Shown here: positions 36,054 to 46,694 of the stretch, one piece after another | How positions within the stretch are numbered: position 1 is the stretch's first letter | Layout: each line of letters begins with the position of its first letter | Assembly: GCA_045563435.1 (NCBI GenBank) | Contig: JBJLJD010000001.1 | Coordinates: 2,284 to 66,283, forward strand | Source of the DNA: Gammaproteobacteria bacterium | GTDB lineage: Bacteria; Pseudomonadota; Gammaproteobacteria; Magnimaribacterales; TMED112 | Direction: 5' to 3' | Length of the DNA: 64,000 nt | Made by a program: the position numbers and the translations under genes | The notes under the pieces: generated by a model | Database searches by the model: none | Told to the model about the DNA's origin: nothing | The model's input: only the letters and a program-made list of their open reading frames with translations

Positions 36054-39026
36054 TTAGAAACTATATGACACAGATGCTGTGACGTATTGCCCAACAATAT
36101 CATAAGTATTCTGTGGAGTGTTAATCTGTGGATCAACGAAACCAAAGAATGACTTGTAATATGGAGCCTCTTCGTCAAACACATTAGTAATAGCTACGTT
36201 TACTCTTGTGTTGTCATCATATTGATATGAGACACTTGCATTGTTGTAATAGTAGTCTTCTATTGAATATGTATCCATAACGTCTTCTAATACGCCAGCT
36301 GGGAATGCTGCACCAGTATATGGGTTTACTCCGCCATCAGCTACACCAAAGTAATTTAATGCATCTTCTGGAGCAGATATACCACTCATAAATCTAGTTA
36401 CCCAGTTAACTGTCCAATCACCTTTAGACCAAGTGAATAGGCCAGTAGATCTGTCTCTGTTGAAACATGACTCACCAAAGTCATAACATTGTCCAACATA
36501 GTCATCACTAATACCGGTAGCATCAACTGTTGTATTTTCAACAAGGTGTGTCCACTGAAGTTGTACTCTCAAGTCACCGCCAACGAATGGTAGGTCTGAG
36601 AAATCAGCAGTTGCAGACACATCATATCCTTCATAGTGATCTAAAGAATTGCTGTTTAAGTAAGCTGTTTCAACAGAAACAACGTCACCACCAACAGGTC
36701 TTGAAATTCGACCACAGAAAGTAGGATCAGCGTTTACATAACACTGTAATAATGTGTTTTGCACACCAGAAGTTACCACTGCATTTCCAACTTCAAGTTC
36801 GAAGTAGTCAGCAGCAATAGCAACGTTATATTCTTCAACAAATTTAAATGAAGGTTGATAAACAAAACCATAAGTCATACTTGTACCCGCTTCTGGAACG
36901 AGCTCTGGGTTACCAACAACTAATTGTAAAATTTGGTTGTTAGAAGTAGACCATGTTGATGTGTCAAGTCCTGCAAAAGCCGCACAGTTAGCTGTTAAAG
37001 CTGATTGTGTAGCTGCGTCTTGTAATGCAACATAGTTCTGCTCACAAACGTCAACATAGGTAGGGAATCCACCACCTCCACCGAAGAAGAGGTTAGAAAT
37101 TGTAGGAGCCCTATATGATGTTGAGTCTGTTCCCCTAATAGTTAAGTCTTCAATAGGCTTCCAGTAAAGAGAAACCCTTTCAACATTGTCACCATCGAAA
37201 GAATCAAATTCTGATTGTCTTGCAGCAAATTCAACTCTTAACTCTTCTGCTAAGAAAGTATCACTTACTAAAGGAACCTGTACCTCGAAATAGGCATCCT
37301 CAGAAACATATCCACCTGAAGTAGATAGTCTTGGGTTACCAGATGACAAACCTGCTTCTGTTAATCCATCGACATTGTCTTCACCATAAAGGTCAAACTT
37401 GTCAAAACCAAATGCCATAGCAACTGGTCCAGCTGGAAGATCAAAAAGCGTAACGTTACTCACGTTAAATGCGTATTCGTTTGCTTCTGTAAGAAGCTTG
37501 TCTTTTTTGTTATATCTTATGTAGTCTCCTGCGGCTTGTGTAATACTGTCTGGTCCAAACATATTAAGTGGAACACAGCCAAGCTGTCTTGCAAGAGCAT
37601 CTACACATCTATATTGTTGTCCATCCGCACCAACAACACCTGCACCAAGTTCTGTATTTAGAGCTTGTTCAACTCTGTACATATCGATGTAGTTTTTGGT
37701 TTGGTTTGGAGAATTAAATCTGTGGTAAACAGTGTATGCTTCCCATGACGCACCATCTAAACCTAAGAAATCAAGATCGCCAGAAACTCCAAGAACAATT
37801 CTTAAAGTATCAGCTTCTTGTGAGAATAATCTAGGACCAACGTCCAACATTCTCTTTCTGTAGGTGAAAGCTTCACCCAATGGGTTAAATGCGTTATCAG
37901 CAGGAATTGTTAGACCATAAGTTACCTGCGCACCAGCACCCATAGGAACTGGAGCCATTTGTAGTGTTGATAGTCTTTTTGAGTACATGATATTGTAGTC
38001 AAAAGTAGCACCACCTAATAGGTCTGACTCATACTTACCATCAGTCATAAACTGATAATTTTCTCTACCACCAAGTAATTGCATGTATTCACTGTAGTTA
38101 TACATACCTCTGCCTGTTGCTGACTCATCGTCATAACCAGCATAGTCATACCAGTAGAAAGGAGATAGATCTCCTCCTTTGGTATAAATAGTTTGTGAAC
38201 CTGTAGATGTGTAGAATCTACCATTTGGTATAAATGTAGAAGCACCACATGAGGTCTGGTTATTACCCACGTTATCACCTTCATTACCATATCCTGAGAA
38301 ACCAAAATACTGGAAATAAAGAATGTAGTCAGGCTCAAGCCTTGGACAATAGCTATATTCTCTTTCTGACATATTTAAGTCATCGTTCTGGTACCAACTT
38401 ATAGCGGTTACATTACTTGATCTTTCTCCTCTTGATCCATAAGCAAATGAAAACTCACTTGCATTTGCATCACCTTGAGCAGAAGAACCAAAAGAACCGT
38501 AAAATTCAGCACCTTCGAATTCTCTTAATTTAACGTTTACAACGCCAGAAACAGCATCTGATCCATAAACAGCAGCCGCACCATCTTTCAGAACCTCAAC
38601 AGATTCGATCATAGCTAGTGGGAAGATTTGGAAGTCAACAGCGTTACCTGTACCGGTACCTGTTGGCGCCACTCTTCTGCCGTTTATCAAAGTCAATAAT
38701 CTACCTGAACCAGCACCCCTTAAGTTAACTTCTGTTGTACCAGAGTTTCCGTTATTCACAGATCTTTGGTTAGAAGCAAGGTTTGCTGAAGGTAATTCGA
38801 TCAAGTAGTCACCGATATTATTTTTACCAGCGTCTCTAACTTGGTCGATGGTTATAACCTCGACTGGACCTACAGATTCGTAGTTGCTTGTTCTAGCAAT
38901 CCTTGAACCTGTAACAACAACTTCCTCTACATCATCAGCTTCTTCGTCTTCTTCTTGCGCAAAAGTTACGAATGAGACTGACATTAATGTGAGCAAGCTC
39001 ATTAAAAATTTTACATATGAATTCAT
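36054..39026 (-). CDS. TonB-dependent receptor
   Basis: Signal peptide, EEVVVTGSRI, NLRGAG..R.LTLINGRR, EVLKDGAAAVYGSDAVSGVVN, GNPELVPE, C-terminal F; GGAGG Shine-Dalgarno. Confidence 0.94.
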   Translation of the reverse strand: MNSYVKFLMSLLTLMSVSFVTFAQEEDEEADDVEEVVVTGSRIARTSNYESVGPVEVITIDQVRDAGKNNIGDYLIELPSANLASNQRSVNNGNSGTTEVNLRGAGSGRLLTLINGRRVAPTGTGTGNAVDFQIFPLAMIESVEVLKDGAAAVYGSDAVSGVVNVKLREFEGAEFYGSFGSSAQGDANASEFSFAYGSRGERSSNVTAISWYQNDDLNMSEREYSYCPRLEPDYILYFQYFGFSGYGNEGDNVGNNQTSCGASTFIPNGRFYTSTGSQTIYTKGGDLSPFYWYDYAGYDDESATGRGMYNYSEYMQLLGGRENYQFMTDGKYESDLLGGATFDYNIMYSKRLSTLQMAPVPMGAGAQVTYGLTIPADNAFNPLGEAFTYRKRMLDVGPRLFSQEADTLRIVLGVSGDLDFLGLDGASWEAYTVYHRFNSPNQTKNYIDMYRVEQALNTELGAGVVGADGQQYRCVDALARQLGCVPLNMFGPDSITQAAGDYIRYNKKDKLLTEANEYAFNVSNVTLFDLPAGPVAMAFGFDKFDLYGEDNVDGLTEAGLSSGNPRLSTSGGYVSEDAYFEVQVPLVSDTFLAEELRVEFAARQSEFDSFDGDNVERVSLYWKPIEDLTIRGTDSTSYRAPTISNLFFGGGGGFPTYVDVCEQNYVALQDAATQSALTANCAAFAGLDTSTWSTSNNQILQLVVGNPELVPEAGTSMTYGFVYQPSFKFVEEYNVAIAADYFELEVGNAVVTSGVQNTLLQCYVNADPTFCGRISRPVGGDVVSVETAYLNSNSLDHYEGYDVSATADFSDLPFVGGDLRVQLQWTHLVENTTVDATGISDDYVGQCYDFGESCFNRDRSTGLFTWSKGDWTVNWVTRFMSGISAPEDALNYFGVADGGVNPYTGAAFPAGVLEDVMDTYSIEDYYYNNASVSYQYDDNTRVNVAITNVFDEEAPYYKSFFGFVDPQINTPQNTYDIVGQYVTASVSYSF

Positions 39027-39213
39027 TACATCCTCCGAAAGAGTTCATTCATACGCTTATTCTACAGTGTTTTCTTCTCTGATACATAGTTGAAACGTTA
39101 AAAACACATCAAAAATAGCACCATTTGCAGTTTTTCTGCTTAAAAAACGTTGATTTAATGTTTTTAGTGAAGATTTCAGGGTAAAAAAAAGAATATGCCG
39201 TATAATCTCAAAA

Positions 39214-39987
39214 ATGGTTGAAAACAAAAAAATTCTTATAGTAGGTCTTGCTAACAAATACTCTATTGCCTCTTCTATAGCAAAATCTTTGCATAAAAAT
39301 AGAGCAATATTAGGTTTTAGTTACCAAAATGAGAGATTTGAAAAATTTATCTCCTCTTTCGCTCGAGAAAATGGCAATGGCTTTACTGAAATATGTGATC
39401 TTTCAAATGACGTAGATATTAAAAAATTGATTGAAAGATGTGTAGATGAATGGGGAAAGATTGATGGAATTGTACATTCTGTAGGTTTTGCTCCTGCTGA
39501 TCAAATTTCAGGAAGTATTGAAGAGTCTATTACCAGAGAGGGATTTGGAATTACACATGATATAAGCTCTTATAGCTTTGCTGGCTTAATTAAAGAAGCA
39601 TACCCATTTATGTCTGAAAACTCATCTATAGTTACACTAACTTATATAGGCTCGCAGGAGGCAACGCCTAATTACAATGTAATGGGGATGGCAAAAGCAA
39701 GTCTAGAAGCAGGAGTAAGGTATTTTGCTTCAAGTCTTGGAAGTAAAGGAGTAAGAGTAAACTCTATTTCTGCTGGACCAATTAAAACACTTGCTGCTTC
39801 AGGAATTAAAGGATTTAAGTCTATGCTAAATAAATACGGAGAGGAAACACCATTGGGAAGAAATATTTCAGGTGAAGAAGTGGGAAATACAGCAACCTTT
39901 CTTTTAAGTGATATGTCGAGCGGTATCACCGGCCAAACTATCTATGTTGATGGTGGATACAATATTCAAGCTACTAAATTTGAGTAG
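39214..39987 (+). CDS. fabI: Enoyl-ACP reductase (NADH)
   Basis: GLANKYSIA, HSVGFAP, YNVMGMAKASLE and SAGPIKTLAASGI. Confidence 0.95.
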   Translation: MVENKKILIVGLANKYSIASSIAKSLHKNRAILGFSYQNERFEKFISSFARENGNGFTEICDLSNDVDIKKLIERCVDEWGKIDGIVHSVGFAPADQISGSIEESITREGFGITHDISSYSFAGLIKEAYPFMSENSSIVTLTYIGSQEATPNYNVMGMAKASLEAGVRYFASSLGSKGVRVNSISAGPIKTLAASGIKGFKSMLNKYGEETPLGRNISGEEVGNTATFLLSDMSSGITGQTIYVDGGYNIQATKFE

Positions 39988-41827
39988 TATTATTATTGAT
40001 TTTTAAACTATCTTTTAAAGTGTAACTTTTCTGAAGCTCATCAAGCAGGCTTTGGAATTTTAGGCCATTACTTTCGAGAATAAAACTTGCCCTCTCTTCT
40101 TCACTGATCCTATCGAGACTTCCAGGGTTTCTTTTAGTAATTTGAAAAATAAATAAATCAGAGCCAATCAATCTTTTTTGCACAACATCCAGCTTGTCTG
40201 TAGTAAATAATTCAGCAACTTGATCCTCAGAAAACAAGGAAGTTGATCTATCAATATCTAAGAATTGTTCAACTTCAACATTTTTTAAAGAAAATTTTGA
40301 AGCAAAAAATGTTTCAGATAAATCAACCTCTTCATCGCTTGCATAAATTTCTTCAATGTAAGTATCTTTTAATTTTGCCTCTAAAAGCTCTTGAGCTTTT
40401 TCTTTAACAGACGTAAAGTCATCTTGAAATGACTCTTGAACGTCAGTAATAAAGGCTAAAATAAATTCATCATCATCTACTTTTAAAATCTCTGACCAAT
40501 TATTTAAATTTGCACCAAATACAATATCGGCTATTTGTAAATTTGATATATCTGCGTAAGTTTTTTCAGTATAAAGTTTGCTTGGTAAATTATATAACTC
40601 TGTGAAGGTTTCTAAAGTAGATGAACTACCCTCAAAATTTTCTGAAATGTCGGTAATCTTTTCCTCAAACTTTATCTGTTTTATTTCATCTTCTAGATCA
40701 GATTTTTTGTCTTCATATGAAGTAATTTCAGCTGCATTAATTTCTGTAACATAAAGAAAATGTGCATTTGATTCAAAGAAAATTGGTTCTGAATTAATCT
40801 CATTAATAGCTAGAGAACTTATTCTGCTTTCAAAGGGTTCTGGAAAAATCTGGCCATCAGTAAAGCCTAAGTCTCCACCAGCCTCTTTTGTTCCATCGTC
40901 TTCAGTAAATTTATTTACAAGCTCTGCAAAAGTGCTTGATTGGAAATTTTTTGTGACTTCTTCCACTCTTGAATTAAATGCATCATCAGATTCATAGTTC
41001 TCTCTGATAATCATTATATGAGAGACTCTTTTTTCAGGTTTTGGTAATGAAGAAAGATATGCGTCATAGCCAGCTGCAAACTCCTCTTCACTTATATCAA
41101 AATCAAAATTTTTAGATGAAAGATTAACCTCATAAAAAGATCTTTTTTCAGGGACAAGAAACAAATTTGGGTTTTCTGAGTAATAAGAAATTAAATCATC
41201 TTCAGATATTTCAAAATCGTTTACTACATTTTCTGAAGTTAAATTTACAAATATCAAATCTCTTTTTTCAGTTACAAGTTTTAAATACTCATCAATATCT
41301 TTATCAAAACTATTTATCATTGAACTAAGTAAATTTATCGAGAAATTAATTTTGAAGTCATTTGAAAAACTTTTCATTAAGTCATTTTTAGATAAATTAA
41401 AATTTATAAGGTAATTTTTAAATGCTTCCTGATCAAACTTTCCATCGACTTGAAATGATTCCACTTTAGAGAGTTCGTTTTCTATATAATTTTCTGGCAC
41501 ATCAATGCCTAGTTCATCAAAGAGTTTAATAATTGTGTACCTCTCAATGAGAGAGTTTTTTGTAAGTTCCTCTACAGCGTCAAAAAGAAGAGGGTTTGAT
41601 AAATCTATACTTTGACCAAATTGATCTCTGAGAGTTGACTCTACTTGATTTCTTGTTGAAATATATTCAGATTGGGAGATTTCATATTCTCCTATAGTTG
41701 CATAATTATTTTTAGAAAAAGTTTGCGTAAAGGTAGGGAGCCCCAAAAAAGCGAAAGTTAGGGCAACAATACCTAAAAAAGAAAAGGCTACAATTCCTTG
41801 TAGCCTTTCCCGTAAAAAACTGATCAC
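39974..41827 (-). CDS. ppiD: Periplasmic folding chaperone PpiD (SurA N-domain plus parvulin)
   Basis: N-terminal TM anchor, RVSHIMI, EDDGTKEAGGDLGF; position after hupB. Confidence 0.85.
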   Translation of the reverse strand: MISFLRERLQGIVAFSFLGIVALTFAFLGLPTFTQTFSKNNYATIGEYEISQSEYISTRNQVESTLRDQFGQSIDLSNPLLFDAVEELTKNSLIERYTIIKLFDELGIDVPENYIENELSKVESFQVDGKFDQEAFKNYLINFNLSKNDLMKSFSNDFKINFSINLLSSMINSFDKDIDEYLKLVTEKRDLIFVNLTSENVVNDFEISEDDLISYYSENPNLFLVPEKRSFYEVNLSSKNFDFDISEEEFAAGYDAYLSSLPKPEKRVSHIMIIRENYESDDAFNSRVEEVTKNFQSSTFAELVNKFTEDDGTKEAGGDLGFTDGQIFPEPFESRISSLAINEINSEPIFFESNAHFLYVTEINAAEITSYEDKKSDLEDEIKQIKFEEKITDISENFEGSSSTLETFTELYNLPSKLYTEKTYADISNLQIADIVFGANLNNWSEILKVDDDEFILAFITDVQESFQDDFTSVKEKAQELLEAKLKDTYIEEIYASDEEVDLSETFFASKFSLKNVEVEQFLDIDRSTSLFSEDQVAELFTTDKLDVVQKRLIGSDLFIFQITKRNPGSLDRISEEERASFILESNGLKFQSLLDELQKSYTLKDSLKINNNTTQI

Positions 41828-41843
41828 TCAGTTAAAACTATAT

Positions 41844-42119
41844 TTAGTTAACAGCAGCTTTTAGTGCTTTACCTGCTTTAAACACAGGAACATTTGCTGC
41901 AGGAATGTGAATCTTTTGTGAAGGATTCTGCGGGTTTATCCCGTCCCTTGCAGCTCTGTGTCTAACAGAAAAGGTACCAAAGCCTACTAATGAGACAGAG
42001 CCACCTTTTGCAAGTTCTCCACTCACAGCATCTACTATTACATCAAGTGCTTTTGCAGCGTCGACTTTTGTGCTGCCAGTCTGACCGGCAATCACTTCAA
42101 TTAAATCAGCCTTATTCAT
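41844..42119 (-). CDS. hupB: DNA-binding protein HU
   Basis: MNKADLIE..GFGTF..RAARDGINPQ..PVFKAGKALK; follows lon. Confidence 0.95.
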   Translation of the reverse strand: MNKADLIEVIAGQTGSTKVDAAKALDVIVDAVSGELAKGGSVSLVGFGTFSVRHRAARDGINPQNPSQKIHIPAANVPVFKAGKALKAAVN

Positions 42120-42284
42120 AAGTTCTCCTCAAAATGCCTTGTTACAGGCTTTTTATAACATTAGACCTTAAAAATTAATAAATCAAGCATTAGTTAAAAA
42201 ATATTTAAGTTTTATTATCGGCGCATTATTTGACTTTTTGGGGATTTAATTGTGGCCTTATGAAAAACTTAAGAGGAAAAAAAT

Positions 42285-44603
42285 TTATTTTACTAAAGCT
42301 TTCTCTAGCACCTCTTCAATTTTTTTCACTGGTATAATTTTCAGGTTTTTTAAAATATTTTTTTCAACTTTTTCTAAGTCGCCAACATTTTCTTTTGGAA
42401 TTATTACATTCGTTATGCCTGATCTTTTTGCTGCAATAAGTTTTTCTTTTAAACCTCCAATCTTTAGAACTTTACCCCCTAGTGTTATTTCACCAGTCAT
42501 AGCTAAATTTCCTTTTACTTTTTTATTTAGGACCACTGATGATATTGCCGTACACATTGTTATACCTGCACTAGGCCCATCTTTAGGAGTTGCTCCCTCA
42601 GGAACGTGAATGTGTAGATCATGCTTTTCAAAGAAGTCATTTTTAATTTTTGCATCATTAGAGATATTTTTCACAACAGTAAGTGCGGCCTGTATCGACT
42701 CTTGCATAACATCTCCAAGTGAACCTGTTTTTGTAACTCTGCCCTTCCCTTTTGTTAAGGCTGCCTCAATTTTTAATAGCTCCCCTCCTACAGATGTCCA
42801 AGCCAGGCCATTTACCTGTCCGAGAGAGTTTTGATTTTCCAGCTGACCAAAGTCAAATAACTCAGGTCCTAGAATATTTCTTACAACTCTATTATCAATA
42901 TTTTTTGAAGTTTTTGATCCTAATGAAATTTCTTTTACTTTTTTTCGACATATTTTATTAAGCTCTCTATCTAAACTTCTTACTCCAGCTTCTCTGGTGT
43001 AGTTCCTTATGATTTTTAAAATTGAATTATCGCTAAATATTAGCTCATCATTTTTAAGTCCATTCTTAGACAAATTTCTTGGAACTAAATAATTTTTTGC
43101 TATATTTAATTTTTCATCCTCTATGTAACCAGGAAGTCTGATAATTTCCATTCTGTCTAAAAGTGCAGGTGGTATGTTTAATGAATTTGCAGTACATATA
43201 AACATTACCTCTGAAAGATCATAATCAACCTCTAAGTAATGATCATTGAAAGTATTATTTTGTTCAGGATCAAGAACCTCTAACAATGCAGACGACGGAT
43301 CTCCTCTATGATCCATTCCAACTTTATCAATCTCATCAAATAAAAATAACGGATTTTTTACTTTTGTTTTTGAAAGTTTTTGGATAAGTTTTCCAGGCAT
43401 TGAGCCGATATATGTTTTTCTATGTCCTCTAATTTCAGCCTCATCTCTTACGCCTCCTAATGAAAGCCTTATGAATTCTCTATTAACTGATCTGGCAATA
43501 GATTCACCTAAAGATGTTTTACCAACTCCCGGCGGTCCCACAAAACAAAGAACTGGTGCTTTCATTTTTTTCACTCTTTTTTGTACTGCTAAATACTCAA
43601 GAATTCTCTCTTTAACTTCCTTAAGGCCATAGTGGTCCTGATCAAGAACTTCTTTTGCTTTTGATAAATCAAGATTAATCTTTGTTCTTTTGCTCCATGG
43701 AACTTCCAACAAAGTATCAATATATGTCCTTACAACTGTTGCCTCTGCTGACATTGGAGACATTTGTTTTAACTTAGAAAATTCTGAATTAATTTTTTCT
43801 AGTGCTTCTTTTGATAATTTTGTTTCTTCGATTTTCTTCTGCAGTTCCTCTAATTCGTTCTTTTCATCACTTATGTCGCCTAGTTCTTTTTGTGCAGCTT
43901 TAATTTGTTCATTCAAAAAATATTCCTTTTGAGATTTTTCCATTTGTTTCTTAACTCTTCCTCTGATCCTGTGTTCAACTTCAATAAGCTCTATTTGAGC
44001 TTCAAGCAATCCTGAAAGAGCTTCTCCTCTTTCTGAGGGATTTTCTTTTTCTAAAATCATTTGCTTATCTTTAACTGATAGATGAATGTTGGAGGCAATG
44101 ACATCGATTGCTTTTGATAAATTTGCCATTGATTGAACTTGATTAATTATTTCATGGGAAACTTTTCTTGATACCGAAACAAACTCAGTAAATTGATTTT
44201 TAATTGTTGCAAGAAGATCTTGCTCATACTTAGAGTCTTCTACTAACTCTTCAATTTTTTCAATTTCAGCAAAGTACCCTTTGTCAGTTGTTATTTTATT
44301 TAGCTTTGCTCTTTGAAGTCCCTCAACAAGAATTTTCACAGTGCCATCAGGTAATTTAATCATTTGAAGAAGAGTGGATATTGTTCCTATTTCTGGTAAA
44401 TCTTTTAATTGTGGAGACTCATTTCCAGGTGATTTTTGGGCTACAAGAAAGATTTTTTTGTTAGCTCTCAATGCATCCTCTAAAGAAAAAATTGATTTCT
44501 CTCTTCCGACAAATAAGGTAGAAACTGTATTTGGAAAAATAACAACATCCCTCAATGGAATCATTGGCATTTTTAATTTTAGTTTTAAATCTTCAGCTGC
44601 CAT
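42285..44603 (-). CDS. lon: Lon protease
   Basis: PLRDVVIFP, GPPGVGKTS, DEAEIRGHR and PKDGPSAG. Confidence 0.97.
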   Translation of the reverse strand: MAAEDLKLKLKMPMIPLRDVVIFPNTVSTLFVGREKSIFSLEDALRANKKIFLVAQKSPGNESPQLKDLPEIGTISTLLQMIKLPDGTVKILVEGLQRAKLNKITTDKGYFAEIEKIEELVEDSKYEQDLLATIKNQFTEFVSVSRKVSHEIINQVQSMANLSKAIDVIASNIHLSVKDKQMILEKENPSERGEALSGLLEAQIELIEVEHRIRGRVKKQMEKSQKEYFLNEQIKAAQKELGDISDEKNELEELQKKIEETKLSKEALEKINSEFSKLKQMSPMSAEATVVRTYIDTLLEVPWSKRTKINLDLSKAKEVLDQDHYGLKEVKERILEYLAVQKRVKKMKAPVLCFVGPPGVGKTSLGESIARSVNREFIRLSLGGVRDEAEIRGHRKTYIGSMPGKLIQKLSKTKVKNPLFLFDEIDKVGMDHRGDPSSALLEVLDPEQNNTFNDHYLEVDYDLSEVMFICTANSLNIPPALLDRMEIIRLPGYIEDEKLNIAKNYLVPRNLSKNGLKNDELIFSDNSILKIIRNYTREAGVRSLDRELNKICRKKVKEISLGSKTSKNIDNRVVRNILGPELFDFGQLENQNSLGQVNGLAWTSVGGELLKIEAALTKGKGRVTKTGSLGDVMQESIQAALTVVKNISNDAKIKNDFFEKHDLHIHVPEGATPKDGPSAGITMCTAISSVVLNKKVKGNLAMTGEITLGGKVLKIGGLKEKLIAAKRSGITNVIIPKENVGDLEKVEKNILKNLKIIPVKKIEEVLEKALVK

Positions 44604-45836
44604 TTAGTTAGCAATTTTCTTTCTAAGAAGTTTTAAAGGTTGCTCTTTGTTTTTCACAACATTTTCATCTACAACAACTTTTTCTATGTTCTTTTCTGAG
44701 GGGAAATTAAACATTGAATCTTGCAAAATCTCCTCAAAAATTGCTCTTAGAGCTCTAGCTCCTGATGCACTAGCTTTTGCTTCTCTTGCAATCTGTTTGA
44801 ATGCACCATCGGTAAATTCTAAAGTTATGTTGTCTAGCTTGAAAAGATATTTAAATTGATCAGTGATTGAATTTTTTGTTTCAGACATAATCTTTACTAA
44901 CTCACTCTCAGATAATTCTTCGAGAGCCGCTACCACTGGGAACCTGCCAATAAATTCTGGAATAAGACCATATTTGTTTAGATCTTGTGATTTAGCCTCT
45001 TTGAAGAGTGATCCCTTTACTTCATCAGAAAGTTTTTGAATATTCGAGTTAAAACCTATTGTGTTATCAGAAACTCTTTTTTGAATTTGTTCCTCTAATC
45101 CATTAAATGCTCCTCCACAAATAAATAAAATATCTTTTGTATCCACTTGCAAAAACTCCTGTTGTGGATGCTTTCTTCCTCCTTGAGGTGGAATAGATGC
45201 TATCGAACCCTCAATGATTTTCAAAAGCGCTTGCTGAACTCCCTCTCCTGAAACATCTCTAGTAATAGAAACGTTCTCACCTTTTTTTGAAATTTTATCT
45301 ATTTCATCTATGTAAACAATGCCTCTCTGTGCTTTTTCCACATCATAATCAGCATTTTGGAGCAGTTTCTGTATTATGTTTTCAACATCTTCTCCAACAT
45401 AACCTGCTTCTGTTAAAGAGGTCGCGTCAGCTATTGCAAACGGCACATCTAAATATTTAGCAAGAGTCTGTGCTAGAAGTGTTTTTCCACTTCCTGTAGG
45501 ACCTAACAGCAGAACATTACTTTTTTGTACTTCAACACCCTCCCCGTTATCTTTTGAGGATATTCTTTTGTAGTGATTGTATACAGCAACAGATAATTTT
45601 TTCTTTGCATCATCTTGCCCAACTATAATCTCATCAAGGTAGTTAAAAATTTCTCTGGGTTTGTTGATATTAAAGTCATCGACCTTTTTCTCTTTATCCT
45701 CAACGTCAAGTATGTCATTACAAAGATCTACACATTCATTGCAAATATATGTATTAGGACCAGCAATTAGTTTTTTTACTTTTGATTGTGATTTACCACA
45801 GAATGAGCAATTTAATTTTGATTTATCTTTCTCCAT
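44604..45836 (-). CDS. clpX: ATP-dependent Clp protease ATP-binding subunit ClpX
   Basis: CSFCGK..ICNECV zinc finger, [16 protein letters not shown] and IGF loop. Confidence 0.97.
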   Translation of the reverse strand: MEKDKSKLNCSFCGKSQSKVKKLIAGPNTYICNECVDLCNDILDVEDKEKKVDDFNINKPREIFNYLDEIIVGQDDAKKKLSVAVYNHYKRISSKDNGEGVEVQKSNVLLLGPTGSGKTLLAQTLAKYLDVPFAIADATSLTEAGYVGEDVENIIQKLLQNADYDVEKAQRGIVYIDEIDKISKKGENVSITRDVSGEGVQQALLKIIEGSIASIPPQGGRKHPQQEFLQVDTKDILFICGGAFNGLEEQIQKRVSDNTIGFNSNIQKLSDEVKGSLFKEAKSQDLNKYGLIPEFIGRFPVVAALEELSESELVKIMSETKNSITDQFKYLFKLDNITLEFTDGAFKQIAREAKASASGARALRAIFEEILQDSMFNFPSEKNIEKVVVDENVVKNKEQPLKLLRKKIAN

Positions 45837-45838
45837 AA

Positions 45839-46432
45839 TTACTTTCTCTGGGTTAAAACTTCATCAACAAGTCCGTATTTAACTGCTTCTTCAGCATTCA
45901 TGAAGTAATCTCTTTCTGTATCAGAAGCGATTTTTTTAAGCGATTGATTAGTTTTTTCTGCAAGAATTTTATTTAATTTCTCTTTGAGGGTAAGTATTTC
46001 TTTTGCCTGTATTTCTATATCTGTTGCTTGGCCTCTTGCTCCACCAAGTGGCTGATGGATCATTACTCTGCTATTTGGCAATGCAAATCTTTTTCCCTTA
46101 GTTCCGCATGATAGAAGAACTGCTCCCATGCTAGCTGCTTGTCCAAAGCAAACAGTTGAAACATCACATTTAAGATAATTCATAGTATCTAATATGGACA
46201 GCCCTGAAGTAATAACCCCGCCAGGTGAATTTATGTACATAAAAATATCTTTTTTGGGATCTTCAGACTCTAAAAAAAGAAGTTGGGCAACAACTAAGTT
46301 GGCTACATAGTCGTCTATACCGCCTACAATGAAAATAATTCTATCTTTAAGTAGCCTTGAAAAAATATCAAAGGCTCGTTCTCCTCTGGAAGTTTGTTCG
46401 ACTACCATTGGTACTAAATTATTTTTAAACAT
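45839..46432 (-). CDS. clpP: ClpP protease proteolytic subunit
   Basis: [27 protein letters not shown] and MIHQPLGG. Confidence 0.97.
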   Translation of the reverse strand: MFKNNLVPMVVEQTSRGERAFDIFSRLLKDRIIFIVGGIDDYVANLVVAQLLFLESEDPKKDIFMYINSPGGVITSGLSILDTMNYLKCDVSTVCFGQAASMGAVLLSCGTKGKRFALPNSRVMIHQPLGGARGQATDIEIQAKEILTLKEKLNKILAEKTNQSLKKIASDTERDYFMNAEEAVKYGLVDEVLTQRK

Positions 46433-46556
46433 AATTAAAATATAGGGAACTTTAGTAAAAAATCAATAATTTAAACAAAAAAGTGAAAAACTTATAATAA
46501 ATATCGAAGAACTTGACATAAATAATTAAAAACTTGATTTAAATCTACTTAGTAAA

Positions 46557-46634
46557 TGGGGTGGACGAAGGGGTTTGAACCCTCGACCTCCGGTACCACA
46601 AACCGGCGCTCTAACCAACTGAGCTACGCCCACC
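46557..46634 (-). tRNA. tRNA-His(GTG)
   Basis: G(-1)GTGGGCGTAGCTCAGTTGGTTAGAGCGCCGGTTTGTGGTACCGG...GTCCACCCCA. Confidence 0.97.
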
Positions 46635-46694
46635 ATATTTTTATGATATTTCGGAAAAAAAATTATATCATTATGCGTTGTAGGGGGTAAGTAT

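Noticed and set aside
39027-39213. Possible riboswitch or 66-aa ORF upstream of the TBDR
   Set aside because: No cobalamin, TPP or other aptamer core motifs and no strong stems were seen; the region reads as a divergent promoter spacer.
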